64,000 bases of DNA from Promethearchaeota archaeon (GCA_030599585.1 JAUVNS010000005.1:279121-343120), one strand, 5' to 3'. Shown: positions 20,529-31,477, counted from the stretch's first letter. Program-made: numbers and translations. The notes: generated from the letters alone by a model not told the origin.

Positions 20529-21680
20529 TCAATGTGAGAATTCATATATAGAAAAGTCTGTCTTGCATGGTGGTCCAAATGAGATATGCAATTTAGGGGA
20601 TTTAGATAGTTCCATGATGACCCCCATGTTTGTATAGGCTCCACTCGGGAGGTCATGGCGACAAATAGGATGTTCTTTCGGATCGTGAGATCTTAAGATT
20701 CTTTTGATCATTTCAACAGTTATCGACTTTGAATTTTCATGTAAATTATGTTTTAAATAATCTAACCGTGTTTTTGTATCTAATCTCCAATTTTCTAATC
20801 CGTAGTCCCCATAATAATTAATATTATTAAGGAGTGTTAAATATTCATCATCTACATCTGTATTTTCGATTGCGTGATTAGTATGATAAACACGAGTAGA
20901 CCCTTGATATGGAAGAAATTGCTTAACTTGGTTAGGTGAACATTCATAATCAACAACACTAGTCCCATCTCCAATGAGATAATTTACCCCTGAGGCATGA
21001 GGTAGTTTTTGAATGATAGAGACTGCGTCCTTAAGAGATTTCTGATTCAATATTAGTCGGGAGACAAAGAGCGCGCCTAATCCGTTTAAATTTTTCTTTA
21101 GACTAGGACTCATTTGATTCAAGCAAGCTCCCATGGAACAATTGTTCATTCCATATATTCCAATTAATCCAGGATAACCTATATGATACCATTCCATTGA
21201 ACTTTCGGGATCTTTTGCGTGGATTAATGTTTCTACTCCAACCCAACCAATTGAATTATCTGCATTTTGAGCTATTATTGGATAATCTTGGGTCTGATCG
21301 AAAACTCCTAATGCAGTACATTGCTGACTCGTGGTCGTCTTAAATACATCATTTAATTTTTGAAAATTTTCTGTACTTGCTCGCAAGATCCAATACCACC
21401 CCATTTCTCCGATTAATTGTCTAACAAAGATGCTGTTGAAATCAAATTTTGCCCCGTCAGCAATTCCTTGTATCTCGTCAATCAAATCTGGAGTCCATTT
21501 CTTGGCAGCCGAAAGAAAATTAGTCGTATCTAAAATATCTTTAGCAAAGAGAGCATATGACTTGAAACCAAAATGACGAGTGATATGCTCAAACATCATT
21601 CTAGGAATATGTTTCTTAAGCGCTTCTCCGTGAATTTTCCCTCTTTCATAAGCGGACCCTTCTGTTTCTAAATAAATCAT
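20529..21680 (-). CDS. C45 family autoproteolytic acyltransferase/hydrolase
   Basis: GSAYERGKIHG, QCTALG nucleophile, AQNAD, GMNN, HTNH. Confidence 0.85.
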   Translation of the reverse strand: MIYLETEGSAYERGKIHGEALKKHIPRMMFEHITRHFGFKSYALFAKDILDTTNFLSAAKKWTPDLIDEIQGIADGAKFDFNSIFVRQLIGEMGWYWILRASTENFQKLNDVFKTTTSQQCTALGVFDQTQDYPIIAQNADNSIGWVGVETLIHAKDPESSMEWYHIGYPGLIGIYGMNNCSMGACLNQMSPSLKKNLNGLGALFVSRLILNQKSLKDAVSIIQKLPHASGVNYLIGDGTSVVDYECSPNQVKQFLPYQGSTRVYHTNHAIENTDVDDEYLTLLNNINYYGDYGLENWRLDTKTRLDYLKHNLHENSKSITVEMIKRILRSHDPKEHPICRHDLPSGAYTNMGVIMELSKSPKLHISFGPPCKTDFSIYEFSH

Positions 21681-21944
21681 GTAATTTCCTTCTCATCATT
21701 AATTATTTTCAATGGCGTATCACCTCTAAGATTAATATTGCAGAATCAATCTCTATTAGTAAGGATTAAATTCTCGTATTTAACATTTTTGTCATAACCT
21801 TTATTAGTATTCTACAATTGTACTACATAAGGCGCATCCGTGGAGGATTTTGGTACTAATCTTTCAAAATTCATTTCGTAATATAAAAAAACTAAACTAA
21901 ACTTCATTTGATTCAATATTAGACTGACTTCTTTTTTTTACCAG

Positions 21945-21996
21945 TTTCATTTGAAATTGGAATGCTAAATTCAGAGTCTGATTTCAATGAAAATTC
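21945..21996. repeat. Dispersed palindromic repeat, copy 2 (longest)
   Basis: Shares 37 bp with 20425..20461 and 19/20 bp with 22570..22589; internal inverted repeat around TCAGAGTCTGA. Confidence 0.8.
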
Positions 21997-22045
21997 CATT
22001 GGAAAATGATATAACAATAGTGTTAAAAACAATTTAAGATTTAAA

Positions 22046-22552
22046 GTGATTAATATGGTTCAGAAAGCGATGGTAAATGTTTATCCCATTAGGTACAAAA
22101 ACAATAATTTAGAGCTTCTCATGATAAAAAGAGCTACAGTAGCTTATAATTGGCAATGCGTATCTGGCTCAGTAGGAGATACTATGGGGGAACCTGATCA
22201 CCCGAAAGGAGAAAGCCCTCTTGAGTGTGCAAAAAGAGAACTTTTTGAAGAAACAGGATACATTCCTACTCTAATGATCCCATTTAATATTCCTAAAGAA
22301 TTATACACAGAAAATGAAGAAGATGAAGGCGATAAATCACCTCCACATCTTCAAGAACTTGTAAAAGAAATTACATTTTATAATTTCATAGCTTGTATAG
22401 ATCAACCTCAGGATCCAGTATTGAATCCTGCTGAACATACAGATTGGAAATGGTGCAGCTTTGAAATAGCCTATAAAATAATAAAGTGGGCTGTGGAAAA
22501 AAAATTGTTAAGGTTTGCCTATAATTACATTATTACAAATCCGTTAAAATAG
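22046..22552 (+). CDS. NUDIX hydrolase
   Basis: GESPLECAKRELFEETG Nudix box; EHTDWKW. Confidence 0.9.
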   Translation: MINMVQKAMVNVYPIRYKNNNLELLMIKRATVAYNWQCVSGSVGDTMGEPDHPKGESPLECAKRELFEETGYIPTLMIPFNIPKELYTENEEDEGDKSPPHLQELVKEITFYNFIACIDQPQDPVLNPAEHTDWKWCSFEIAYKIIKWAVEKKLLRFAYNYIITNPLK

Positions 22553-22629
22553 TAAGAATATTGTCAAAATTTCCTTTGAAATTGGAATGGAAAAGTAATA
22601 TTCAAAAAGAACTAAAATTTCTCATAATT

Positions 22630-23307
22630 ATGGGGAATATTGATATTTATCTACAACCTACCGAATTTTTCGATTTTAATAAAAAATTTGTTAGAGAAAA
22701 AGCTTTTGAGATTACGGCAGGGTTAGAAACCGAAAGTGATAAAGCTAAAGCGCTCTTTTATTGGGTAAGGGATAAAATTAAATACAATATGCATACATAT
22801 ATTCCTTCTGCTAAAGCTAATTTTAAAGCCAGCGTGACTCTAAGACGAAAAAATGGTTTTTGTGTTTCAAAATCCGTTTTATTATCCTCTTTTGCACGAG
22901 CTATTGGAATTCCTGCCAGGATTCACTTAGTAGATCTGATAAATCATAAAATATCTCAAAAAATAATAGATTTTATGGAAACAAATGTCATGCATTATCA
23001 TGGTTATAGCGAATTTTACCTTAATAATAAATGGGTAAAATTAACACCCTCGTTTGACCCAAAAACTGCTTTAAAAGGAGGTTTTACTCCAATGGTCGAA
23101 TTTGACGGCGAGAATGACGCTACTTTTCCTTCTTTTGATGAAGAAGGTAATAGATTCGGAGAATATGTCAAAGATCGCGGAGTTCATGCGGATTTACCTC
23201 TTAAGGAGATTGAAATTATTTTTGATGAAAAATATCCGAAATTTTCTCAACTGAAAAATGGAGAGTTGATATTACCGGTAAAAGACAAAACTCTCACTTA
23301 TAAATGA
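22630..23307 (+). CDS. Transglutaminase-like cysteine protease family protein
   Basis: GFCVSKSVLL..FARAIGIPARI, HGYSEFY..NKW; ATG at 22630 preferred because the upstream TTG extension overlaps the dispersed repeat. Confidence 0.85.
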   Translation: MGNIDIYLQPTEFFDFNKKFVREKAFEITAGLETESDKAKALFYWVRDKIKYNMHTYIPSAKANFKASVTLRRKNGFCVSKSVLLSSFARAIGIPARIHLVDLINHKISQKIIDFMETNVMHYHGYSEFYLNNKWVKLTPSFDPKTALKGGFTPMVEFDGENDATFPSFDEEGNRFGEYVKDRGVHADLPLKEIEIIFDEKYPKFSQLKNGELILPVKDKTLTYK

Positions 23308-23332
23308 TAAATTATTAATAAAAATTCTATTT

Positions 23333-24235
23333 TTATCTTAACTCTCGTAAGTATATCTTAAACTTTCCTAACTTACCACCGTAATTCCCTGCGGAAATCT
23401 TAAGCAAACCATCCATATCAGAAATTCCTTCTATAGTTTTCTGCATTGCTAATTTTACATCATCAAGTTGAAGGCCGTTAAATACAAGTTCTGGTATTGA
23501 TTTCACTCCAGCTGGAACCTCGAATTCGTTTGGAGATAACTTATCTTTAAGCGTAGGACAAAATGGGTGATTAGTTGACGGACCTATTTCGGGATATTTA
23601 GCATCAGGGGGAACCGGTTTTGAACCTGCGGAGCATACATCAAAAGTAGTACACACATCATCGAGTTCAGCCAAAATTTTAACGCCTTCCCTTCCAACCT
23701 TAATTCCAGATTCAACAGAGTCGCAAAATAACCATAAATTCCCTCCCATAACGCCTTTAGCGTAAGAGATGTTTTCTTCAATTAAAAAATCGTAACCCAT
23801 CATGATTGGGACGTTAATTAGTTTTCGATTAAGTTTTTCAACAATCCATTCATATCCGTCTCCACAATGACCTACATTATCCATCATATTAAATTTAAAC
23901 TCAGTTGTTCCTGGGTAATAATCAAAAACTGCAGTTGTAGGAACAACAAGAATACCCTGCCTCATTCTACGACCAAATTGTTCGTAAAACTTAGCTGTCG
24001 CCTTTTTACCCGTTCCAGTTACCCATAATTGAATGATTGCTCCTAACCTTCCATCGATAGTTTCTTTTTCAGAAAGCCACCGAACAATACCTCCCTCCGC
24101 ATCTCCAAAAACTGTTGAAGGAAGCGCAGTAAATGCGTTTGCGGCTCTATTTAAGAATTCTGCGTCTTGAGCAGTGACCATTAATTGAACTACTAACCCT
24201 TCAAACGCTTCACAATAAGTATCCTCGATTTCCAT
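23333..24235 (-). CDS. ftr: Formylmethanofuran-tetrahydromethanopterin formyltransferase
   Basis: IEDTYCEAF, GVMGGN, STNHPFCPTLK, ISAGNYGGKLG. Confidence 0.95.
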   Translation of the reverse strand: MEIEDTYCEAFEGLVVQLMVTAQDAEFLNRAANAFTALPSTVFGDAEGGIVRWLSEKETIDGRLGAIIQLWVTGTGKKATAKFYEQFGRRMRQGILVVPTTAVFDYYPGTTEFKFNMMDNVGHCGDGYEWIVEKLNRKLINVPIMMGYDFLIEENISYAKGVMGGNLWLFCDSVESGIKVGREGVKILAELDDVCTTFDVCSAGSKPVPPDAKYPEIGPSTNHPFCPTLKDKLSPNEFEVPAGVKSIPELVFNGLQLDDVKLAMQKTIEGISDMDGLLKISAGNYGGKLGKFKIYLRELR

Positions 24236-24371
24236 TTTTCACACTTCTTTTCTATTATCTAATAACACTTCTTTGATAATACATGATTAGTTGGATCAAA
24301 TAAAAATATAAAATTAAAAACTTATTACCTAGTAATTAATAATAATTTTATTCAATAAACAACTTCAAAGA

Positions 24372-25304
24372 ATGAGTAATATGCCCGTTGGAATATATCT
24401 CTACGAGATTGACGAATCGTTCGGACCAAATGTATTAGCAGAATATTATCTTGCTCAAGAAGATAAAGTTTCTAATGATGCTTTAAAGGATTTTGAAGAA
24501 AAACACGTTCAAAAAGAATTTTCAAATACGATTTATTGGAAAGAAGATCTAAGGTATTACTCGTGGAGAATTAACGCCTCTTCTTTAGAAAGAGATAATC
24601 TGTTCTTAGGCTTCGTACTTAAGCAAGAAGAGGATTTAGTTTCGTCCAAGAGTATCTTAGAAAACATAGCAGAAAAGGTTGTAAAAGGTTTTACAAAGGA
24701 TAGCGCAAAGCTTGAATCAATTTTGCGAAAAGAATTTGATTCCATCTTCACTTTAATGGAAAAATTAAAAGAGCCTGCTTTGATCAAAGAAACAATCAAC
24801 GATAAGACTAAAAAAATGCTAGACGATGGAAACTTGCAAGAAGCTAGAGAATTGATTGATTTAGGAGAAGAAATCCCAGAAAAATTATCTGAAGAACTTA
24901 AACTGGCTGAACAATTACTAGAAAACAAGTTCTATAAGAAGGCTAAAAAGAATTTTCTTAAAGCAGCAGAGTTAGCAGCTATAATCCAAGAAAACGACAT
25001 CGTTTCATTTTTAACAAATAAAGCCGAACAAGTTGGAAAATTTCCGGAATTAATTAAAGCACAAGAATCGTTAATGAAAGATTTGGAGTCAATTATAGAA
25101 GAATTAAATGCAAACAAACTTCATTTGTATCACGAGTTAATTAGACCAATAGAATCGTTAATAAACATATCTAATTCTTTTGAGCAGCACGAATTAACAT
25201 CTAAACTAACTCAATTATTAAACAACTTTAAAAGAGCAGATATATTAGCAAAAGAGTTGTTTAGCTTAGATGCAAAAATAAACGAGAGATTAGCTAATTT
25301 ATAA
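24372..25304 (+). CDS. Longin/uDENN-like N-terminal domain with helical C-terminus
   Basis: GIYLYEIDESFGPNVLAEYY resembles the uDENN FDxxxGP motif; TPR-like helices follow. Confidence 0.55.
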   Translation: MSNMPVGIYLYEIDESFGPNVLAEYYLAQEDKVSNDALKDFEEKHVQKEFSNTIYWKEDLRYYSWRINASSLERDNLFLGFVLKQEEDLVSSKSILENIAEKVVKGFTKDSAKLESILRKEFDSIFTLMEKLKEPALIKETINDKTKKMLDDGNLQEARELIDLGEEIPEKLSEELKLAEQLLENKFYKKAKKNFLKAAELAAIIQENDIVSFLTNKAEQVGKFPELIKAQESLMKDLESIIEELNANKLHLYHELIRPIESLINISNSFEQHELTSKLTQLLNNFKRADILAKELFSLDAKINERLANL

Positions 25305-25343
25305 AAAATTTTCTAATTAATTTGATGTTAATCGAATTATTGC

Positions 25344-27161
25344 TTATTCAGTTTCCTCTAATGGTTCTTTGGGCTCAGGTGGAATATATTCACCAATATC
25401 TGTAAAAATAATTCTAGCTATCTCCCATCCCTCTTTTGATGGATAAGTCAACGCGTTGGCAATAAGAGATTCGCCAGTTTCATTCGTCAGCTCCACTTTG
25501 TGAATTTCAGATTTGTTCTGTAAAATCATCTCAAATTTAGCACCGCTACTCCCTGCAGGAACTATTAAGATTGCAGAATCTATTGCTTTTTCGTCTATAG
25601 CATCCTTCAATCTTTTTGCAGCGTAATAACCTGCGACACCAGCGCTTCTGTCGAATGTTTTTATAGAAGGAATCTCCAATCCCCATTTCTTCCCCTCAAA
25701 TTCGATTAAAGCGGCTAAAGTTTGGCTCCGTTTTCCTATCATGAATTTATATTCCATTTGGGTGTTGAATTTCTTCTCTTTTGACTCCCCGACCTTCATA
25801 ATACTTTTTAGGGATGCTCCAGCAACCGATGAAGGATTTACCTCTATTATGTATTCTTCCTCTGCTAAAATTTCCTCTATAGTTTTCTTTATAATCTCTC
25901 TTGGCTTTGAAAAGTCTATGACTTCTTCTTCAGCGTCTCCCATTGGGGCTTTAGCTGTTGCCACAATATCTGTACCTGCTTCTAACAACTGTTCTACGCT
26001 CATTTCCTCGGTAACAACCTTGTCAATAAACCTTCTACAAAGTTTAATAGAGTTCCTTGGGTTTCCTTGCGTTTTTTCATAAATCATCTCGATTAGCTTT
26101 TCGTTCAAAGGAAATAATGGATACAATGGAGGATTGAGGTTGTTATCTTCCCAGAAAGCTTCCATCGATTTGCTAAAAAAGATTTTCAAGTCGTTTAAAC
26201 TAAAAGGCTTCAATTCTTGTTCCGGTTCCATTCGAGACCGTAAAGGAGCGTCAGCGATTTCCAATATTCTCGGCCAAATTTCTTTTAAAACAGCTATAAT
26301 AATGACTAAACCTTTAACTTCGTTATACAACCTTTTAAGTATTTCAAGGAATTTTCTTTCAGCAACCTCTCCAAACATACGATACGGGGATTCTAATTCG
26401 TCAAAATAAAGGATAAGAACTCTATCTAAATTTTCAGTTATTATTTTAATCATAGCAAGGCAGACATCGTCTTCTTCAACAACAGAATTTATCCCAAGCT
26501 CACTTAGTTCTTCTGGTTGTAGATCTTCTCCAAGCAACCATCTTTCTGCTAGCGCTTTCTTGTTTTTATCTAACTGATAAGTAACTAACGCTTTCACGCA
26601 ATCTGCGAAAACGCCTGGGAATTCTCTAATACCCTTTTGAATAACTTCTTCTATCTTAGGTTTTTGAAACAGACCGCTTTTTTTTCCTCCCCATTTTTCT
26701 CTTACTAATCTTTCTGAGACAATATCAAGGATTTCTGGGCCTACTTCTTCGATAATGCATGTGTAGACGTGTAATAGGACTCTAATAGAAGCAGGTGGGC
26801 TGGGAACATATATAATCGTCCAGTCAGTAGGTTCAAGTTGACTTACACTCACATTTTCTGTTTCTGTATTGAGTTCTAGTTTTTTTCTATTTTCTCTCTC
26901 TTTATCTTTAAATGAATGATACGCATGAGTCTTTCCAGTTCCAGCGGATCCTAAAATGGGGATCAATCGAGCTGATCGATCTCTATGCGTTTGACGCACC
27001 AACCTATAGACTTCTCTATCGATAAAGCTTCTTGGGCGCGAAATATCGATTTTATCCGGTATATCCCCTCTACTCACGAAATTGGAAAAAGGTAGGATTG
27101 GTGCTTCTTTAAGAATTTCAAGATACATTTCCTTGTCGTCATCAGTTAATTCCGAATACAT
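25344..27161 (-). CDS. P-loop (AAA/STAND-like) ATPase with C-terminal extra domain
   Basis: GSAGTGKT, LILYFDELE, TQGNPR. Confidence 0.75.
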   Translation of the reverse strand: MYSELTDDDKEMYLEILKEAPILPFSNFVSRGDIPDKIDISRPRSFIDREVYRLVRQTHRDRSARLIPILGSAGTGKTHAYHSFKDKERENRKKLELNTETENVSVSQLEPTDWTIIYVPSPPASIRVLLHVYTCIIEEVGPEILDIVSERLVREKWGGKKSGLFQKPKIEEVIQKGIREFPGVFADCVKALVTYQLDKNKKALAERWLLGEDLQPEELSELGINSVVEEDDVCLAMIKIITENLDRVLILYFDELESPYRMFGEVAERKFLEILKRLYNEVKGLVIIIAVLKEIWPRILEIADAPLRSRMEPEQELKPFSLNDLKIFFSKSMEAFWEDNNLNPPLYPLFPLNEKLIEMIYEKTQGNPRNSIKLCRRFIDKVVTEEMSVEQLLEAGTDIVATAKAPMGDAEEEVIDFSKPREIIKKTIEEILAEEEYIIEVNPSSVAGASLKSIMKVGESKEKKFNTQMEYKFMIGKRSQTLAALIEFEGKKWGLEIPSIKTFDRSAGVAGYYAAKRLKDAIDEKAIDSAILIVPAGSSGAKFEMILQNKSEIHKVELTNETGESLIANALTYPSKEGWEIARIIFTDIGEYIPPEPKEPLEETE

Positions 27162-27364
27162 ACAAGATCCCCTCTACTTAATTGTTTTTAATTAACTTTG
27201 ATTTTGAATTACAAACTATTTAGTTGGAATAAGTTTATTAAACTAAACAATTTTTTCTAGAATAAAAGCTATTATATTTCTAGCTTTAGTATTTATATTT
27301 AAATTTATATTTAAAAATTTATTTGTAATTAATATCTAAGTATATTTTACAAGGATGTGATAAA

Positions 27365-28027
27365 ATGTCGGGAAAAGACGAGTATGATGATGAAGACGAG
27401 GAAGATAATGAAGATGAGCCTGTAAATATCTTTGATGCTTTCAAGGGTTTTGGCGATCCTAATATGTTTAAAAATCTAGATCCTGCTAAACTATTCAATT
27501 CAAAAGAGTTTCAGAAGATGTTTAAAGAAATTTTCAAACAAATTTCTAAATCTCTCCCTAAAAATCTCCAGGGCCTTTCACCAGAAGATTTTACTAAAGA
27601 ATTCATGAAAAATCAGTCTAAGTTTGGTAAACAAGGACCTTTTGTATATGGATTCAATTTTGGAATTGGACCAGATGGAAAACCAAGTATGGGTTCATTT
27701 GGGAACATAAAAAAAGAACCAATATCTGGCGAAACGAAAGTAAGGAAGAATAGGGAACCTTTAGTAGAAGTTAACGAACAAGAGGATCACATTATCGTCA
27801 TTGCTGAGATGCCAGGAGTCAAGAAAGACGACATCGAATTGAATGCTACAACTAGATCTATTACGATTTCTACCCAAAAAACTGTTTTTGGGAGAAGTTA
27901 TTTTAAAGAAATTGATTTACCAGCGGCGATTAACCAAGATTACGCAAAAGCGCGGTACACAAATGGAATCTTAGAAGTTCGGTTGAAAAAAATTAAAGGA
28001 AAAGGAAAATCTATTGATATAGAGTAA
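27365..28027 (+). CDS. hsp20: Archaeal small heat shock protein Hsp20
   Basis: GPFVYGF, REPLVEV, IAEMPGV, ARYTNGILEVRL. Confidence 0.92.
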   Translation: MSGKDEYDDEDEEDNEDEPVNIFDAFKGFGDPNMFKNLDPAKLFNSKEFQKMFKEIFKQISKSLPKNLQGLSPEDFTKEFMKNQSKFGKQGPFVYGFNFGIGPDGKPSMGSFGNIKKEPISGETKVRKNREPLVEVNEQEDHIIVIAEMPGVKKDDIELNATTRSITISTQKTVFGRSYFKEIDLPAAINQDYAKARYTNGILEVRLKKIKGKGKSIDIE

Positions 28028-28057
28028 TAACCTTCGATTTTTTACAAATTCTTTCTC

Positions 28058-28393
28058 TTATTCTGTGTGTTCTGCCTTTTTAAATTTAATTTTTCCTACA
28101 GGGCAAGATTGAATGCACATGAAACATTCGTAAAAAGAACCTTGGGATAACGCTTGCCAAAAATTCCACATTTCCAAGCTATGCAATTTTTTAAATAATT
28201 TTTCCGTGGATTTTTCCTTTTCTAATTCGTAAATAAATCGGAGAATTTGTGGCAATCCATGTTTCATTGCATAAGGGCTACATAATTTTGGGTCACATCC
28301 CGATTCAGAAATAGCTCCAGAAGGACAAGCTTTTATACATATATTGCAATCGGTACAATAATTTTTATCATCCTTAGGAGTAGGTTCTAAATC
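28058..28393 (-). pseudogene. C-terminal fragment of an epoxyqueuosine-reductase-like 4Fe-4S protein
   Basis: Frame reads DLEPTPKDDKNYCTDCNICIKACPSGAIS...ECFMCIQSCPVGK directly after an in-frame TAA; N-terminal domain absent. Confidence 0.65.
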
Positions 28394-28568
28394 TTAAAAT
28401 ACCTCAATTTAACCCTCTTATACTAAAAATAACCAAGATATTTACTGACGGAATTTTGAAGTGCATTTTTCATAATACCAAGGTTTATCAAATTTAAAAA
28501 TATACAATACATGCTTGAACAGAGATATTTATAGTTTCAAGCATAAGATTAAAATTTGGTGAAAGTAA

Positions 28569-28709
28569 ATGTCTAATAGAAATTATGGCGATAGAACGAT
28601 GCACAAAGCTACATGCGCTGACTGCGGAAACGAGTGCGAAGTTCCATTTGAGCCTAAGGAAGGCAGACCTGTTTATTGTCGAGATTGTTTTAAAAAGCAT
28701 AGAAGATAA
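28569..28709 (+). CDS. CxxC-x17-CxxC Zn-finger small protein (46 aa, missed by ORF track)
   Basis: MSNRNYGDRTMHKATCADCGNECEVPFEPKEGRPVYCRDCFKKHRR. Confidence 0.9.
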   Translation: MSNRNYGDRTMHKATCADCGNECEVPFEPKEGRPVYCRDCFKKHRR

Positions 28710-28977
28710 TTAATTCTATTTTTTCTAAGTTTTGGTTACAACCAAAAACTTATTTTCTAACTTATCGAGTAATGATTTTTTTTTATTTCTTTTTTATTGT
28801 TTATTGTTTTTTTAATGAGAATATCCTTAGAAGGAAAGTTTCTATCATCATGTTTAATTGTTGATCAAATTTTGGGGTAGCTTAATTATATTTTTTCTTC
28901 GTGAAACGCCAATTTCACGCCCTTTTGTATATCGTAGAGTAGTACTTTAAACTATCTCTACATATTATGTTTAACAT

Positions 28978-29937
28978 TTACGAACTAAATTTACGAATTC
29001 TCTTTTTTATGTCTCCAATAAAAGATTGGGATAGTACATTAGGGTTATCGAAAATACCCGGGTATTTAAAACCGGCTCTTTCTTTATGGCCTCCTCCTTT
29101 AAATTCCTTAGCAAACTCTCGACAATTAAGAAAATCGCTGTGAATTATAATCTCGTTATGCCTTGAGTCGATACCAATAAAAGCTTTCGCATGAGGATAT
29201 TTCTGTCTTACCACCTTCGTAATTTTACCGCCCCCTAACTTAGCCCAAGAGATAACGACATCTCCAAATGATTCTAGAGAAATAGTTATCGCGTGTTCTA
29301 AGGCAAACGATGACTCATCTTCGAGCCATTGTTTTAAGGATTCTAATTGGGAACTAAACCATTCATTTTCAAAATCACCTTGAGATAATAATTTAACTAT
29401 TCTGTGTTTATTGTGATCGTTATGAGCTCCTCTATTAAAACTGATAATTGATTGCAAATCTGAAGCTACCTCGAATATTTGAGTTCTGAAATCTGTATCT
29501 CTGGCAAATTTAGCGATGTTGTTTGATATGATATCGTTTGGTAAAAAGTAATCTTTAACTACTTCCGCCGCACATCTTTCGGGGTCATTTACATATGTAT
29601 CAATTAAGTTTCTCAATCTTTCTTTAATCAAATCATCGACGATATGATGATCAAACCACAATATTTTGCATCCTCGCGTTATTGCAGTCTCAAAATAAGC
29701 AAATAATTCTTCAAAAGAGTCATTAAAACCTATATCAGAGATTATTAACTTTGAAGGAATTTTATCTGTATCCAAAATTGCTCGAATTTTTTCAACGAAA
29801 TCGATATATGTAGCAAACTCATAGATTACTTTCTTTTTTAGGACTACTGACGAAAGATCAAGATGACGTTTAATTATTGCTTGTGAGCCAAGTCCGTCGA
29901 GATCGTGTTCGTGAGTAATTGATACAATCATTCTCAA
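28978..29937 (-). CDS. DHH family phosphoesterase with DHHA1 domain
   Basis: THEHDLDG, ISDIG, FDHH, GGGH. Confidence 0.9.
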   Translation of the reverse strand: MRMIVSITHEHDLDGLGSQAIIKRHLDLSSVVLKKKVIYEFATYIDFVEKIRAILDTDKIPSKLIISDIGFNDSFEELFAYFETAITRGCKILWFDHHIVDDLIKERLRNLIDTYVNDPERCAAEVVKDYFLPNDIISNNIAKFARDTDFRTQIFEVASDLQSIISFNRGAHNDHNKHRIVKLLSQGDFENEWFSSQLESLKQWLEDESSFALEHAITISLESFGDVVISWAKLGGGKITKVVRQKYPHAKAFIGIDSRHNEIIIHSDFLNCREFAKEFKGGGHKERAGFKYPGIFDNPNVLSQSFIGDIKKRIRKFSS

Positions 29938-29998
29938 GTTAAATCCCTCTTAAAATTAATTAAAGCAGAAGAGTATTTTTGTTTTTTGAAATATAGTT

Positions 29999-30451
29999 TT
30001 AGAATAAATCTAAATACGGCTCAACTTTTGCTTTATTACCGTTGTTATTTACGTATTCTAAGATTTTCTTAGCTAACTCTTTCTTTTTTTCGTAATAAAT
30101 TTCCATAAATTCTTCTCGAGTTTTATCTGGGTATCTCATTTGTAGCGCAGGGTCTCTCCTTGAGCACCCTCCTTTTCTCATACAACAATACGATATTGAT
30201 CCAAAACACACGAGATCGGAATCCCAATTGTTTTCTCTCGAAAAATCTTCTTTAATTTTTATAAAATCCTCTGGACTGAGTTCTAAATCTTTTAAAGCTT
30301 CATCCCGGGTACATTTAAAACCAAAAGTAAGAGAATACCCTGGTTTACAACAAAAAGTTAGACCTCGACAATCAGCACCCATACAGATGTGAATTGGAGC
30401 ATTTTCCCATCCTGGTATGTTTCTAAGTTTCTCTGGATCTAAATCAACCAT
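29999..30451 (-). CDS. Methanogenesis marker 9 domain protein
   Basis: APIHICMGADCRGLTFCC, CFGSISYCC. Confidence 0.75.
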   Translation of the reverse strand: MVDLDPEKLRNIPGWENAPIHICMGADCRGLTFCCKPGYSLTFGFKCTRDEALKDLELSPEDFIKIKEDFSRENNWDSDLVCFGSISYCCMRKGGCSRRDPALQMRYPDKTREEFMEIYYEKKKELAKKILEYVNNNGNKAKVEPYLDLF

Positions 30452-30574
30452 AGTATAACCCTATAAGCATTTTTTAATTGCAGAGTAAAATTCACTACAA
30501 AATATTAATTTTTTGTTTATAGTATAAAATAAGGCACCTAGAGGTAAATAAATTGAATTTATGAAAAATAAGAG

Positions 30575-30608
30575 GGCCCGATGCGAGAATTGAACTCGCC
30601 TCTAGGGA
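30575..30608 (-). tRNA. Orphan 3' half of tRNA (probably His); att junction of an integrated element
   Basis: Minus strand TCCCT-AGAG-GCGAG TTCAATT CTCGC-ATCGGGC-C: anticodon-stem 3' strand, variable loop, T arm, acceptor 3' strand, discriminator C; no D arm or anticodon upstream. Confidence 0.8.
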
Positions 30609-30637
30609 ATAAGAATTTTAATAAAAGAGGTGATCTT

Positions 30638-31477
30638 CTAAGGTTTTTGTTTTAGATATTCTTTCTTGAAATTTTCCTTAATTTTCGTTAAAATTTCGAG
30701 CTTTGTTTCTTTATCTAATTGTTCAAACTTGTAAACCCTCAAGCTTGCGGTGTGTTCTTTCCCATCTACAACGATTTTGTGCTTCTCTTTTTTTTGGATC
30801 GTTAAAGTAAGATCGTAATTGAGGTAGAATTCGCTAAAACCTTTTCTTTCTTTGATAGGCGTTAAATCTTCGTTCAATTCGTCAATAAAATGTAAACAAA
30901 ATTTATAAATCTCCTTATGGTATTTTTCAATCCTCTCTTCAAAAAGTTGTTTTCTTTTTCGGTAGCTCTCTCTCTTAGGGGCGTTTAAAATTAATTCTAT
31001 AATTTTGCTTTGGTCTTTTTCTAACTTATTTATTTCTTCTATTATTAGCTTTTCGGGTGGTGCTTTCTTAAGTTTTCTGATTTTTAGCTCGATCTCTTTT
31101 CTGTCGTCGTTTAGATGTTTTACTGAGGATTCGAAGTCGTCAAATGAAATTAATTTTATCATTTTAAGAACTCTCAACCGTTCTTCAATCTCGTTTATGC
31201 CCGAGATTTTAGCAATTTTTTTCGTCGTGTTATTTAGTTCTTTTTGGTAAGAGTCGTTTGCAGGGGCGTTAAACACGTCCAATTGGAATTTAAAATTCTG
31301 TTCCATTAAATTCTTTTCTGCGTTTGATATGGTTTTCGTGAACGTTCCCATCTTAATCTTTTCTAAAGTGTGTTGATATTTTTTAGGTATTTTGATGTTG
31401 CTTAAGAGGTCGAGGTCTTCCGAAAAGTCGCTGTGTGAAAAAAAACTTTTTTTAATTGCCTGTGCTTTTTCTGTCAT
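30638..31477 (-). CDS. Coiled-coil hypothetical protein
   Basis: K/E-rich heptad pattern, no recognised motif. Confidence 0.6.
   Translation of the reverse strand: MTEKAQAIKKSFFSHSDFSEDLDLLSNIKIPKKYQHTLEKIKMGTFTKTISNAEKNLMEQNFKFQLDVFNAPANDSYQKELNNTTKKIAKISGINEIEERLRVLKMIKLISFDDFESSVKHLNDDRKEIELKIRKLKKAPPEKLIIEEINKLEKDQSKIIELILNAPKRESYRKRKQLFEERIEKYHKEIYKFCLHFIDELNEDLTPIKERKGFSEFYLNYDLTLTIQKKEKHKIVVDGKEHTASLRVYKFEQLDKETKLEILTKIKENFKKEYLKQKP

Noticed and set aside
21830-21870. GC-rich short hairpin after a TATA-like box (possible riboswitch/sRNA)
   Set aside because: Only a 4-bp stem; no recognisable family or second copy
25344-27161. BREX BrxD-type defence ATPase
   Set aside because: No other BREX genes nearby; sits among housekeeping-like host genes
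28494-28700. 68-aa minus-strand ORF
   Set aside because: Shadow of the conserved CxxC-x17-CxxC gene on the plus strand
30575-30640. Complete or intron-containing tRNA gene
   Set aside because: No 5' half (GCCCGAT..., D arm) found upstream on the minus strand within the window
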